From contig OZ242195.1 of NCBI GenBank assembly GCA_965205975.1, positions 4,384,001 to 4,448,000 of the forward strand: a stretch of DNA of 64,000 nt, in the 5' to 3' direction. The notes beneath the pieces were generated by a model. The model worked only from the letters and a program-made list of their open reading frames with translations. It was not told where the DNA came from and did no database searches. The stretch's first letter is position 1. Each line of letters opens with the position of its first letter. This DNA comes from Candidatus Latescibacterota bacterium (GTDB taxonomy: Bacteria; Latescibacterota; UBA2968). A program made the position numbers and the translations under genes. Of the stretch, positions 9,520-17,931 are shown piece after piece.

Positions 9520-10749
9520 TTAAGACCAACCGCGCACCATATACGCCTGTAGTATGCCGCTTTCATCGGAGTTGAAGAAGCCCGATTGTCCATCTGGGGA
9601 GAGGAAGGGGTGGATGTGCGTGTGTTTTTGCCAGGACGATCCGGGGTCCGCGACTTTGCGTGCGTTTGCGAGGGTGCCTTCCTCTTCTTCGGGGAGGTCG
9701 AATAGCCAGACGGCTCCGCCCGCATCTATTGGGCCTGCGTCTGTGATTAGCCGCTTTCCGTCGATGTCTGTAGCGAAGTGGCAGAAGTCGGGCGCGTCAA
9801 AGGATCGGGACAGGTCGTTTCGCCATCCGCCCGGGGTGTTGATGCCTTCGTCGCCGACGTGAGGCGCGGCGCGTCCGGAGATGAGTTGTCTTTCAGCGGG
9901 TTTGCGGGTGCTCGTGCTGGTGATGGCGATGTCGCTTTGTCCCTGCCAGCATTGATGCCCCTGGCAGAATTCATTTCCATCTCGTCCCCAGGGGAAGTCG
10001 CGCAGTGCAGTGCCGTCGTCCCGGATCAGGTGGATGTCTGCGCCCTGTCCGCTGACGAGTGTTTCTACGCTGCCGTCGGGCGATGCGGTGTTGCCGTGGT
10101 TTTCTTGGATCATGATGTCATGGGAGGCGATGGGGTCTGTCTGGCGCGTGTATTGTGGGTGGATATTGCACCAGGAGGGTCCGTGAAAGATCAGGCGTAC
10201 AGATGGCTTTTCAATTTCAAAGACGAGGAGGCCCCAGGGCGCGCCTGCGGTTTTGCCGTCGCCGAGGAATCCCGAGATCGCGATGCGCTTGCCGTCGGAT
10301 GAGATTGTCGAGAGGGGATACGGTCGGCTCAATCTAAAATTGGTGTCGGGTATGGCGTGGTCCAGGACATAGATGGTGTCGCGTTCTGTTCCGTCCATTT
10401 TGACGCGTTTGAGTGTCAGGCGTCCGCCCCTGGGTTCTGTTTCGTTGACGAAGTAGTAGAGCCATTCGCCATCGGGTGAGATGGATGGTCCGGTGGTTCC
10501 GAGTTCGGTGGTGATGGGCGTTAAGTTGCAATGATCCTCGAGGTCGCAGATGAGGAACTGGTGCTCGGGGTCCTTTGGGTCAGAGCCGTGGGGATGTGCA
10601 GACCGGTGAATGATTAGCCGCTGGGAGTCGGGTGTGAAGATCTGCGCTTCCATGTAGATGTGCGATGAGGGGACCGTTTCATCCGTGAGCTGGATGACTT
10701 CGAGGTTGTCCCGGTCGGTCTCCGGGACGAGGTCGGGTCGAATTTTCAT
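9520..10749 (-). CDS. oligogalacturonate lyase-like beta-propeller protein
   Basis: HIYMEAQIFTPDS at the N-terminus and HIHPFLSPDG..FNSD at the C-terminus resemble the Ogl (PL22) family; no signal peptide. Confidence 0.6.
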   Translation of the reverse strand: MKIRPDLVPETDRDNLEVIQLTDETVPSSHIYMEAQIFTPDSQRLIIHRSAHPHGSDPKDPEHQFLICDLEDHCNLTPITTELGTTGPSISPDGEWLYYFVNETEPRGGRLTLKRVKMDGTERDTIYVLDHAIPDTNFRLSRPYPLSTISSDGKRIAISGFLGDGKTAGAPWGLLVFEIEKPSVRLIFHGPSWCNIHPQYTRQTDPIASHDIMIQENHGNTASPDGSVETLVSGQGADIHLIRDDGTALRDFPWGRDGNEFCQGHQCWQGQSDIAITSTSTRKPAERQLISGRAAPHVGDEGINTPGGWRNDLSRSFDAPDFCHFATDIDGKRLITDAGPIDAGGAVWLFDLPEEEEGTLANARKVADPGSSWQKHTHIHPFLSPDGQSGFFNSDESGILQAYMVRGWS

Positions 10750-11474
10750 TTTCTTTCCTTTGTATAGGTATGCGTCAGATCATCCTTCGGTTGCCATCCC
10801 AGAATGCGTTTGGCTTTTTCGTTTGAGAATTTCTGGTGTGGTCGATTTGCAAAGATGTTGAAGACTTCGCATTGCGATGGCAGGGTTTGGAGATCGATGG
10901 TCAAGCCCGGTAAGAATGCGGCTGACGCATCTCGCCAGGTTACGAGGAATGGGCGGTTGAGGCCGGGTCTTGACAGGTCGTCGTGGTAGCAGAAGATATA
11001 GAATAAGTAACACAGTACATAGACATCGCTCTGCTCGGCAAAGATTCGGCAGATTTCTTGTCCCAGGCCCTTTGATAGGGCGTATAGATTCGTGCTGGGT
11101 TTGGGCGGTACGTCGGGACCGATGTGGTAGTCCAGTGCCTCGTAGGGTGCGCCCTGTACGGTGAAGTGCGGTCCTGTGTTGATGACTCGCGGAATTCCGT
11201 GTTCAACCGCTGCGCGCATGATGTTGTAGCATCCCAGGGTGTTGACATCAAAGGCGATCTGTCGGTGGGGGCGCAAGACGGATAGGTTGATGATTGCGTC
11301 CATTCCCTCTGCCGCGCGTGTGACCGCATCGGGGTCTGATACATCTACGATCATCATGTCGTGTGGGGTGTCATAAGGCTCCAGGTCCGTTAAGCGCAGA
11401 TCTACATGTCCTTCCAGAGCTTTGACTACGTGTGGTCCCAACTGGCCATTGCTTCCGTAGATTACGACTTTCAT
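10746..11474 (-). CDS. NAD-dependent epimerase/dehydratase (uronate dehydrogenase-like SDR)
   Basis: MKVVIYGSNGQLG Rossmann motif and YALSK catalytic motif; start may be 11474 or 11495. Confidence 0.8.
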   Translation of the reverse strand: MKVVIYGSNGQLGPHVVKALEGHVDLRLTDLEPYDTPHDMMIVDVSDPDAVTRAAEGMDAIINLSVLRPHRQIAFDVNTLGCYNIMRAAVEHGIPRVINTGPHFTVQGAPYEALDYHIGPDVPPKPSTNLYALSKGLGQEICRIFAEQSDVYVLCYLFYIFCYHDDLSRPGLNRPFLVTWRDASAAFLPGLTIDLQTLPSQCEVFNIFANRPHQKFSNEKAKRILGWQPKDDLTHTYTKERK

Positions 11475-11526
11475 GTTTACCTCGTTATTGTTCATGCGAT
11501 TTAAGTGTTAAAAGCAACCCAAAATC

Positions 11527-11602
11527 CTGGACACCTGCTTAAGGCATGCAGGCGTGACGAGAGGCCGGTGTCATCGCGGCATGGTGTTAAGCCGCGATCC
11601 AG
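11527..11602. repeat. inverted pair of GTCA...TCCAG palindromic (REP-like) elements
   Basis: 11527-11558 (reverse complement GTCACGCCTGCATGCCTTAAGCAGGTGTCCAG) and 11570-11602 GTCATCGCGGCATGGTGTTAAGCCGCGATCCAG; related copies at 35982 and 58855. Confidence 0.75.
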
Positions 11603-11622
11603 AAGGTTTTTGTCATTATTGT

Positions 11623-12267
11623 CTATAGGCCCAATGTTTGCTTTGCCTGGTTTGTGGGGAACCGGGCATTTTCAACGTCTGATTGCACATGCAATACCTG
11701 CCACATGGGTCCGTTTGCCGCGAGTGCCTTGCCGATGGCTTTTACCGCGTCTTCTGTTGTCAACGCCGTGTCGCCATCTCCGTCTATGTCTCCAAATCGC
11801 AAGCAGGTTACGCGGACGGAGTGCTCTCGCGCAAATTCTCGGCAGGTAAACTCACCCAGGTAGCGCGCCATGGGCCCCGATTCTGTTGTGGGTCTCGGTG
11901 CCCAGACTTCTGTGACGTTCCAGTTGGGGTCGCATGACGCGAATAGGCTGAGGGAACTGATATAGATGACGTGGGGGACGTTTTTCTCCCGTGCTGCGTG
12001 CATGATGTTATAAGTACATCGGGTTTGAAAGTCTATTTCCCGTTCGTCATTTTTCAGTTCTTCGGGCAGTTCCGCGAGGTGCACTATGGCGTCCATTCCC
12101 TGTACGAGGGTTTCTGTTTCTCCTTCGTGCCCGAGTTCGCATTTAACAAAGTCGCAATCTGTTTCTACATCCACGAGATCTGTCAATACGACGTTGTGTT
12201 CTTTTGCCAATTCTGCTGATAGTGCCCGGGATAGTGCTGTTTTGCCCGAGGTGATCAATACGTTCAT
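11623..12267 (-). CDS. NAD-dependent epimerase/dehydratase family protein (degenerate SDR)
   Basis: MNVLITSG, GMDAIVHLA, YISSLS, VTCLRFG; related to the neighbouring SDR gene. Confidence 0.75.
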   Translation of the reverse strand: MNVLITSGKTALSRALSAELAKEHNVVLTDLVDVETDCDFVKCELGHEGETETLVQGMDAIVHLAELPEELKNDEREIDFQTRCTYNIMHAAREKNVPHVIYISSLSLFASCDPNWNVTEVWAPRPTTESGPMARYLGEFTCREFAREHSVRVTCLRFGDIDGDGDTALTTEDAVKAIGKALAANGPMWQVLHVQSDVENARFPTNQAKQTLGL

Positions 12268-12285
12268 GGATTGCTCCTGTTTTTA

Positions 12286-13134
12286 TTAGACGTAGCGTCC
12301 GATATTTGCTTCGTCGTAGTATTTATTCACATTTGGTATTTCGCGCATGCCGTGCCAGACGCCGCGGAACAGGGTTTGTCGCTTTGGGGGCATGGCGGTA
12401 ATGACTTCAGGCGGTGGGCATTTTTTGCCCCATTTTGCATTTACGGTGTTGTAACAGGTGAATAGGCTCAATCGGTCCCATTCTTCGTTGCCCCATGTTG
12501 TGCCCGTATGGCACAGGGCTTCGGTGAAGATTACTGCGGATCCCGCAACGCATGAATACGTGTCCCACAGGTCGCTTTCGCGTCCACTCAGGGTTTCGGG
12601 TCGCGGGAATGCGGCTTTGTGACTGCCCGATAAGAACATGGTGCCGTCGCCTTTTCGCACTTCATTCAATTCCCAGACGACGCGGATCAATCCCGCGTGA
12701 ATTTTCCCGGGTTGCATTTGATAGATGTGCGAGTTGCCGCAGAAGTTGAAGTATCCACCTCCGCCATGGGGTCGGAAGTTGTCGTGACCGGCTCGTCGAT
12801 GGCTGGTGTACGTATGGTCGAACCGAAATCCGTAGCAGTCTTCGGTTGCCAGTGCCTGATGTGAGATGATTTCGTTTAATACACCGACCACAGCCGGGTG
12901 GTCGAGTAGTATTTGCGATGCGCCGCCGTGATTGTCGCGTTCGTCAGGGGGCAGTGATTCGCTTTCGTTCAGAAGTTTCATCTGGTGTTCGCGTATGGGG
13001 ATGAGTTCTTCTTCACTGAGCAAGCCGGGTAAGCAAATCCATCCCTTGAGGTCAAATGTGTATTTCTGCTCTTCACTCATGGGCGCGACGGGCAAGCCGT
13101 CGGCATTGGTCGTGGGTAATAATGGGTTTGACAT
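12286..13134 (-). CDS. phytanoyl-CoA dioxygenase (PhyH) family Fe(II)/2OG protein with HxG motif
   Basis: EQKYTFDLKGW, RPHGGG, FLSGSHK, GSAVIFTEALCHTG, and a terminal R-x-x-L-F segment. Confidence 0.8.
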   Translation of the reverse strand: MSNPLLPTTNADGLPVAPMSEEQKYTFDLKGWICLPGLLSEEELIPIREHQMKLLNESESLPPDERDNHGGASQILLDHPAVVGVLNEIISHQALATEDCYGFRFDHTYTSHRRAGHDNFRPHGGGGYFNFCGNSHIYQMQPGKIHAGLIRVVWELNEVRKGDGTMFLSGSHKAAFPRPETLSGRESDLWDTYSCVAGSAVIFTEALCHTGTTWGNEEWDRLSLFTCYNTVNAKWGKKCPPPEVITAMPPKRQTLFRGVWHGMREIPNVNKYYDEANIGRYV

Positions 13135-13155
13135 AAAAACGCTCCTGAAAAATGG

Positions 13156-14145
13156 TTATATCCTCAATAATTCCTCCCACTGATCCTCCTCTACCACCAC
13201 CCCTTTCTCCAGACTCTCGCGTCGTATCCGCAACATGCCTTCGCCGGGATAGCGTGCGGATTCGTGAACTTCATGCAGGTCGTCAATGATGCCGTTTACA
13301 ATGCGTTCACATAATTCCCGTCCGTTTAATGATGTGACGTCAATTGCAATATAGGTTTGCGATACGGCGTGTTCATCGCCCTGTGCGCCGATGTCGTGCG
13401 TTGTTTGACCGGCTGATAATAGCGCTGCGAGGGTGTCGAGTACGATCGCGAGTGCCGATCCTTTCCAGTAGCCGATTGGGAGGGCGCGTTTTGAATCGAG
13501 TATGGCACCGGGGTCGCATGTCAGATTGCCCTCTGTATCAAATCCTCCGGCGATAGGCAGAGTCTCTCCTCGCGCTTGCAAGACTTCTAATTTGCCATTG
13601 GAATACTGGCTCATCGCCATGTCCAGGAGGATATGGCCCTCTTTTCTGGGGATGGCCATTGTCATGGGATTGTTTCCAATGCGTTTTTCCGTTGCGCCCC
13701 AGGGCGGCATGAGCGGGGTTGTATTTGTCCAGCACATGCCGATGCATCCCGCGTCGGCGGCTTGCAGGCCATAGGCTCCAGCGCGCATCCAGTGGTTGGT
13801 GTTGCGCAAGCCCACGCATCCCATGCCGTTTGCTTTTGCGATTTCAATTGCGCGTCCCATTGCGAGATGGGCATTGATCAGCCCTATTCCCATTTTGCCA
13901 TCCCATTGTTCTATGACGCCCAGCGCTTTTACGCATTCGGGTTCGGCTGTGCCGTCTAATCGCCCTTCGCTAAGTTTTGCCAGTAGCCCGGGAAATCGGT
14001 TCAGGCCGTGGGAATAGACGCCGTCGCGCTGATTTTCTGCGAATAATCGCCCGCACAATTCCGCGCGGTTCTGTGACAATCCCGCTTTCAGGAGTGCCGC
14101 GACAAATGCCTCTTTTAATTCATTAAAAGGAACCCGTGTTTGCAT
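13156..14145 (-). CDS. yiaK: 3-dehydro-L-gulonate 2-dehydrogenase (2,3-diketo-L-gulonate reductase), Ldh_2 family
   Basis: DGVYSHGLNRFP, LRNTNHWMRAGAYG, DMAMSQYS.GKL, LPIGYWKGS. Confidence 0.85.
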   Translation of the reverse strand: MQTRVPFNELKEAFVAALLKAGLSQNRAELCGRLFAENQRDGVYSHGLNRFPGLLAKLSEGRLDGTAEPECVKALGVIEQWDGKMGIGLINAHLAMGRAIEIAKANGMGCVGLRNTNHWMRAGAYGLQAADAGCIGMCWTNTTPLMPPWGATEKRIGNNPMTMAIPRKEGHILLDMAMSQYSNGKLEVLQARGETLPIAGGFDTEGNLTCDPGAILDSKRALPIGYWKGSALAIVLDTLAALLSAGQTTHDIGAQGDEHAVSQTYIAIDVTSLNGRELCERIVNGIIDDLHEVHESARYPGEGMLRIRRESLEKGVVVEEDQWEELLRI

Positions 14146-14178
14146 CTGATTTTTCCTTATTTAAACATGGATCATGGC

Positions 14179-14204
14179 GTAGGGGACGGTCCCCGTGCCG
14201 TCCC
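14179..14204 (+). repeat. GTAG-type REP palindrome
   Basis: GTAGGGGACGGTCCCCGTGCCGTCCC; near-identical copy at 40310-40335. Confidence 0.75.
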
Positions 14205-14227
14205 GTGTGTCATCTTACGTAATGTCT

Positions 14228-14256
14228 ATTATAGCAGGTCATGGGGTAGAATGCAA
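14228..14256 (-). promoter_or_regulatory. sigma-70 promoter for the yiaK operon
   Basis: Minus strand TTGCAT-N17-TATAAT with an extended -10 TG. Confidence 0.6.
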
Positions 14257-14298
14257 CAAAACCGAATCTGTCTTTTCACCTCTCGCGAAGTGGTGTTG

Positions 14299-14329
14299 AA
14301 AAATAAAAACCCACTCGTGTACGAGTGGG
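14299..14329 (-). terminator. intrinsic terminator after the TA operon
   Basis: CCCACTCGT/ACGAGTGGG stem followed by a T-rich tract on the minus strand. Confidence 0.6.
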
Positions 14330-14363
14330 AATAAAAAATTGCCAGCGGGCCTGTAGGCATTTC

Positions 14364-14621
14364 TTACGGTTTCCTATAAATCTCATGAGTCCCTACTCGA
14401 CGCAGACGGTAGGTATCACCCACGATCTTGAATGTGAATCTGTAACTTCCAGTGACGCGGGCCTCCCAGATATCGGCTTGCCCTCGCATCTTCTGGGTCT
14501 GGAGAGAACCGTGATGTGGATTAGTAAAGAGAAGCGAGAGTTGTTTGTCAACGCGCTCCTGGATGTTCCGTGGCAGTCGCGCATAGTCGCGGTCAAATGA
14601 TTTCTCAGTGACGATTTTCAT
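14364..14621 (-). CDS. RelE/ParE-like type II toxin
   Basis: SFDRDYARLP..IQ...NPHHGSL..QKM.G..IWEARV..SYRFTF...RRVGTH; overlaps the antitoxin stop codon. Confidence 0.8.
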   Translation of the reverse strand: MKIVTEKSFDRDYARLPRNIQERVDKQLSLLFTNPHHGSLQTQKMRGQADIWEARVTGSYRFTFKIVGDTYRLRRVGTHEIYRKP

Positions 14622-15046
14622 GCACGCTGTTTATGGAGGTGGACAAGGAGACCCTCTGTCGTTTCAAATGCACTGGAAGATCGGCCCTCCCGCTCGTCTC
14701 GCTCAGCTTCCCGCTCGCCTTTCTGCCAGGACTCCAGCCACCAGTACTTTTGTTCTGGATCGATAAGACCTGCTTTAGCAGCCGCGTTGGCCTCTGCCTC
14801 GGTTAATCCTTTGGAATTAAGCATGTCCTCGTTGATGGTCTTGATTTTGTCTTTTGCCCGCGCGAGAATCCGTTGTTCTCTTTTTGAAAGCTCTGGAAGA
14901 CCAGATACCATCTGCTGCGGTATGAGGACGACTTTTCCGTTCTCTTCAATTACCTCAATTACATCACCAACTTTGAGGCCGAGTTTTTCAAATACTGGCT
15001 TGGGAATAGTGATCCGGTGGCTGGAGGTAATTTTCGAATGTGGCAT
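14618..15046 (-). CDS. AbrB/MazE/SpoVT family antitoxin
   Basis: ITIPKPVFEKLGLKVGDVIE N-terminus; IDPEQKYWW..SWQKGEREA C-terminus. Confidence 0.8.
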   Translation of the reverse strand: MPHSKITSSHRITIPKPVFEKLGLKVGDVIEVIEENGKVVLIPQQMVSGLPELSKREQRILARAKDKIKTINEDMLNSKGLTEAEANAAAKAGLIDPEQKYWWLESWQKGEREAERDEREGRSSSAFETTEGLLVHLHKQRA

Positions 15047-15182
15047 TCCGCGTCTCCTGTTTTGTCATTGCAAGATGATCCTGAACATAGAACAAAATTA
15101 AAAAGCCTCGCAAAAAAGTCAATGGCCTACTGACCATTTCACAGTAAATTGGTCTGGACAGCGACCAGTTGTACAACGTTCC

Positions 15183-16118
15183 TCACGTTACACTTCTCAA
15201 TTTTTCGTACAGGTCCTCTTCCAGCAAGGCGGCACCTGCCCGAGCATTGTCTATGACTTGTTCGACTTTAGTTGCGCCCGGGATGACGACGGGATTGGAT
15301 TTGTGGGAAATGACATACCGGAGAGCGGTTTCCACGAGTTTTGAGTCATCTCCAATAGCTTCTTTGATCGCTTCCAGCTTGTCCAGCATGTCTTCGTATT
15401 CTTCGCGGTCGGATTGTCCCGGGTTCCAATCGTCGCGCACGGTGTCGCCAAATACGCTTTCGCGGTTGTATTTGCCGGATAAGACGCCCTTGGCCAATGG
15501 GCCTCGCACGAGGATGCCCAGGTTTTTTTCTGTGCAGTAATCGAGAAATCCCGCTTCTGGTGCGCGATTGATCAGTGAGTAATCCACTTCCACTACGGCG
15601 CAGACGCCGTTTGATAGTTCATAGAAGTTTTTCAGGACACTGAGGCTGTTGGTCGAAATGCCATAGGTGCGGACAAAACCCTCTTCGCACAGGGTATTAA
15701 ATCCTTCGATGTAAATGGATGGGTCTTCAATGCTACCTTCATGGCATAACATGACGTCGATTCGGTCGGTTTGCATGCGGCCCAGGCAGGCGTGTCCGCA
15801 CAGGCGAATGGCATCAGTGCCCGTTTTTGGCACAGGCGCCCCGGTGCGACTTCCCCAGTTGCCGATTTTGCTCACGATGATCAGTTTGTCGCGCATTGAT
15901 GGGGTCAGGGTTTTGCCGATGCGCAATTCGCTCATGCCGTTGGGGATGCCATAAGATTCGGCGGCGTCCAGCAGGTTCATGCCATTGTCAATCGCGGCTA
16001 ATATAATATCGGTTGCCTCCTGATCGCTCAACTCGCCCCACTGGTTGCCCAGGTTCCAGGTTCCCAATCCTACGACGGAAACACGCCATCCGGTTTTGCC
16101 AAATGTTCGATAGATCAT
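15183..16118 (-). CDS. aldo/keto reductase
   Basis: MIYRTFGKTGWRVSVVGLGTW, DAAESYG, GPLAKGVLSGK, VIPGA; true start at 16118 overlaps the upstream stop. Confidence 0.9.
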   Translation of the reverse strand: MIYRTFGKTGWRVSVVGLGTWNLGNQWGELSDQEATDIILAAIDNGMNLLDAAESYGIPNGMSELRIGKTLTPSMRDKLIIVSKIGNWGSRTGAPVPKTGTDAIRLCGHACLGRMQTDRIDVMLCHEGSIEDPSIYIEGFNTLCEEGFVRTYGISTNSLSVLKNFYELSNGVCAVVEVDYSLINRAPEAGFLDYCTEKNLGILVRGPLAKGVLSGKYNRESVFGDTVRDDWNPGQSDREEYEDMLDKLEAIKEAIGDDSKLVETALRYVISHKSNPVVIPGATKVEQVIDNARAGAALLEEDLYEKLRSVT

Positions 16119-17254
16119 TTTTGTCTCCTGTTTTTGTTTTTCCAAATGGGATAATCTTTTTCCAAAATTCGCGCGGGCCAGTATCCGTACCATGCATATC
16201 CGGTTCGCCTTTCCAGGGCGACCTGTGATAGAGAATAGACTTTGTTGCCGTCCCGGTTGGCCATGAAGGGGCGGTTTGTACCTATTTCGTGAAAACGCGC
16301 CCACAAAGGCGGGGCGTCCGGGTCTTTGACAACGATCAGGTCTGTGGTCGCGGTGTGATTTCTGAAGCGCGTGGGAGATATTTCGATGCGTTTTAGTCGA
16401 ATGCCTTCTATTTTTGCGTTGTGAAACCATTGTACCGCACTTTCAATTGCGTCTATTATTTCGGGGCTTGGATTTTCAATACGCATTAAAAAATGCACGA
16501 TCTTCGCCGTTTGTCCCGCTGTAATAGACGGCAATTCATAAGTGCGCGCTTTTACGGGTTCATAAGTTATATGGTCGTGTTGTTGACACCATCCCGTTTT
16601 TTTGCCTTTGACGACGATCTGGCATTTCAGGGTTACATCAATTGCCCGGTGCAGTGCGGCTCTGGCTTTGGCGTGTAGTTCATTGCTTGCCCATGCGAAA
16701 TGGGGCTCGCGGTCTGCGATATCTTTCAACAGGGTCATTATGCCAATCATGACACCGTCATTATAAGTAATGGCATCGACATCCCAACCGCGCCATCCAC
16801 CTGTGGGGTGTTGCTCGCGGAATATATAGTCCAGACCCCCTTCGACTGCATTGCGATATTGCGCCAGATTAGTGGCAACGTACACCTTTGCCAGATAGTC
16901 GATCTGTGAGAATGTGTTGTGGTTGTCAAATGTGCTGACCATCCGGCGTTCGCCTTTGATCGCTCTGACTGTATCGGGGGCGATCTGCGCCTGCCAATCT
17001 ACATTGTTGGGCCAACCACCATCTGCGTTCTGGTAAGCGAGCATGTTTTCGGCAATATGGACAATTTGCGAGGGATCGTACATCGGGTCGTTGCGGTCGC
17101 GTCCATATCGCTTGCGCCAGTGGCTCATCCCATCTCGCAATGGGTGAAGGTCAATGGCTTGATATGTCTGAGCTTTGGCTGTTTCAATCCTGTCGTTGGC
17201 TTCACAAAGCCCAATAGCAAAAAAATAAAAGATTAAAAGTGCGGAAATTTTCAC
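16115..17254 (-). CDS. pelA: pectate lyase, PL10 (PelA/Pel-15E) family, secreted
   Basis: Signal peptide; QNADGGWP, STFDN, ITYNDGVM, GWCQQHD, ARTYELPS, LWARFHEI, ERRTGYAWYG. Confidence 0.88.
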   Translation of the reverse strand: MKISALLIFYFFAIGLCEANDRIETAKAQTYQAIDLHPLRDGMSHWRKRYGRDRNDPMYDPSQIVHIAENMLAYQNADGGWPNNVDWQAQIAPDTVRAIKGERRMVSTFDNHNTFSQIDYLAKVYVATNLAQYRNAVEGGLDYIFREQHPTGGWRGWDVDAITYNDGVMIGIMTLLKDIADREPHFAWASNELHAKARAALHRAIDVTLKCQIVVKGKKTGWCQQHDHITYEPVKARTYELPSITAGQTAKIVHFLMRIENPSPEIIDAIESAVQWFHNAKIEGIRLKRIEISPTRFRNHTATTDLIVVKDPDAPPLWARFHEIGTNRPFMANRDGNKVYSLSQVALERRTGYAWYGYWPARILEKDYPIWKNKNRRQK

Positions 17255-17255
17255 C

Positions 17256-17663
17256 TCATTCTTCCTCTCGATAGCCCAATACCACGAGCAGACACGACCC
17301 GTCGCCGATAACTGAGAGTCCCAATTCTTCTCCCGTTGCTATCGCCTTTGGACTCTCAGCACCGGGTTGCATCCACACGTGTTGAATGCCTGCCTCGTGA
17401 GCTTGAGGGAGTATGGTTTCTGTCACGGGCGGTGGTGTGATGATTGAGATGCCGTAAACGGGTTCGGGGAGTGAATCTATATCGGGGAAACAGGGTTGTC
17501 CCTCGATTTCTGTCTCTTTGGGATTGATGGGATAAGCGGTCAATCCGTGTTGTAGATAACACCGCAGGATCTTGTTACCGTATTTTGCCCGGTCTTGCGA
17601 TGCGCCGACAACGCCGAATGCTTTTCCTTTGAGAAATTCGTCAATTCGTTCTGGGATTGTCAT
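17256..17663 (-). CDS. CoA-binding protein (YccU-like)
   Basis: VVGASQDRAKYG, YPINPK, VWMQPGAES. Confidence 0.9.
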   Translation of the reverse strand: MTIPERIDEFLKGKAFGVVGASQDRAKYGNKILRCYLQHGLTAYPINPKETEIEGQPCFPDIDSLPEPVYGISIITPPPVTETILPQAHEAGIQHVWMQPGAESPKAIATGEELGLSVIGDGSCLLVVLGYREEE

Positions 17664-17931
17664 GCAAGCCTCTTTGATTTAATGGTAGAGATAAAGAAGC
17701 GCGATTGTCAACGGTCATGTTTAAGATATTCGAAATACAGCAGAAAAGCCACGTTGAAAATAAGGTGTTGTCTTAAATTTTCTCTTTTTAACTTTTTTTA
17801 ACTTCTTTGAAATCCGCATGAAATATCTCATCTGTAACATATAAGGCGCAAATGAAAAACTGAAAACGCGTTGAAATGGCTGGTGCTACACAGGCTGATG
17901 CTTAAGCAGATTCACGGGGTTAGATCTTGAT

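Noticed and set aside
15183..16430. 415-aa version of the aldo/keto reductase
   Set aside because: The extension overlaps pelA; homology and the RBS begin at 16118.
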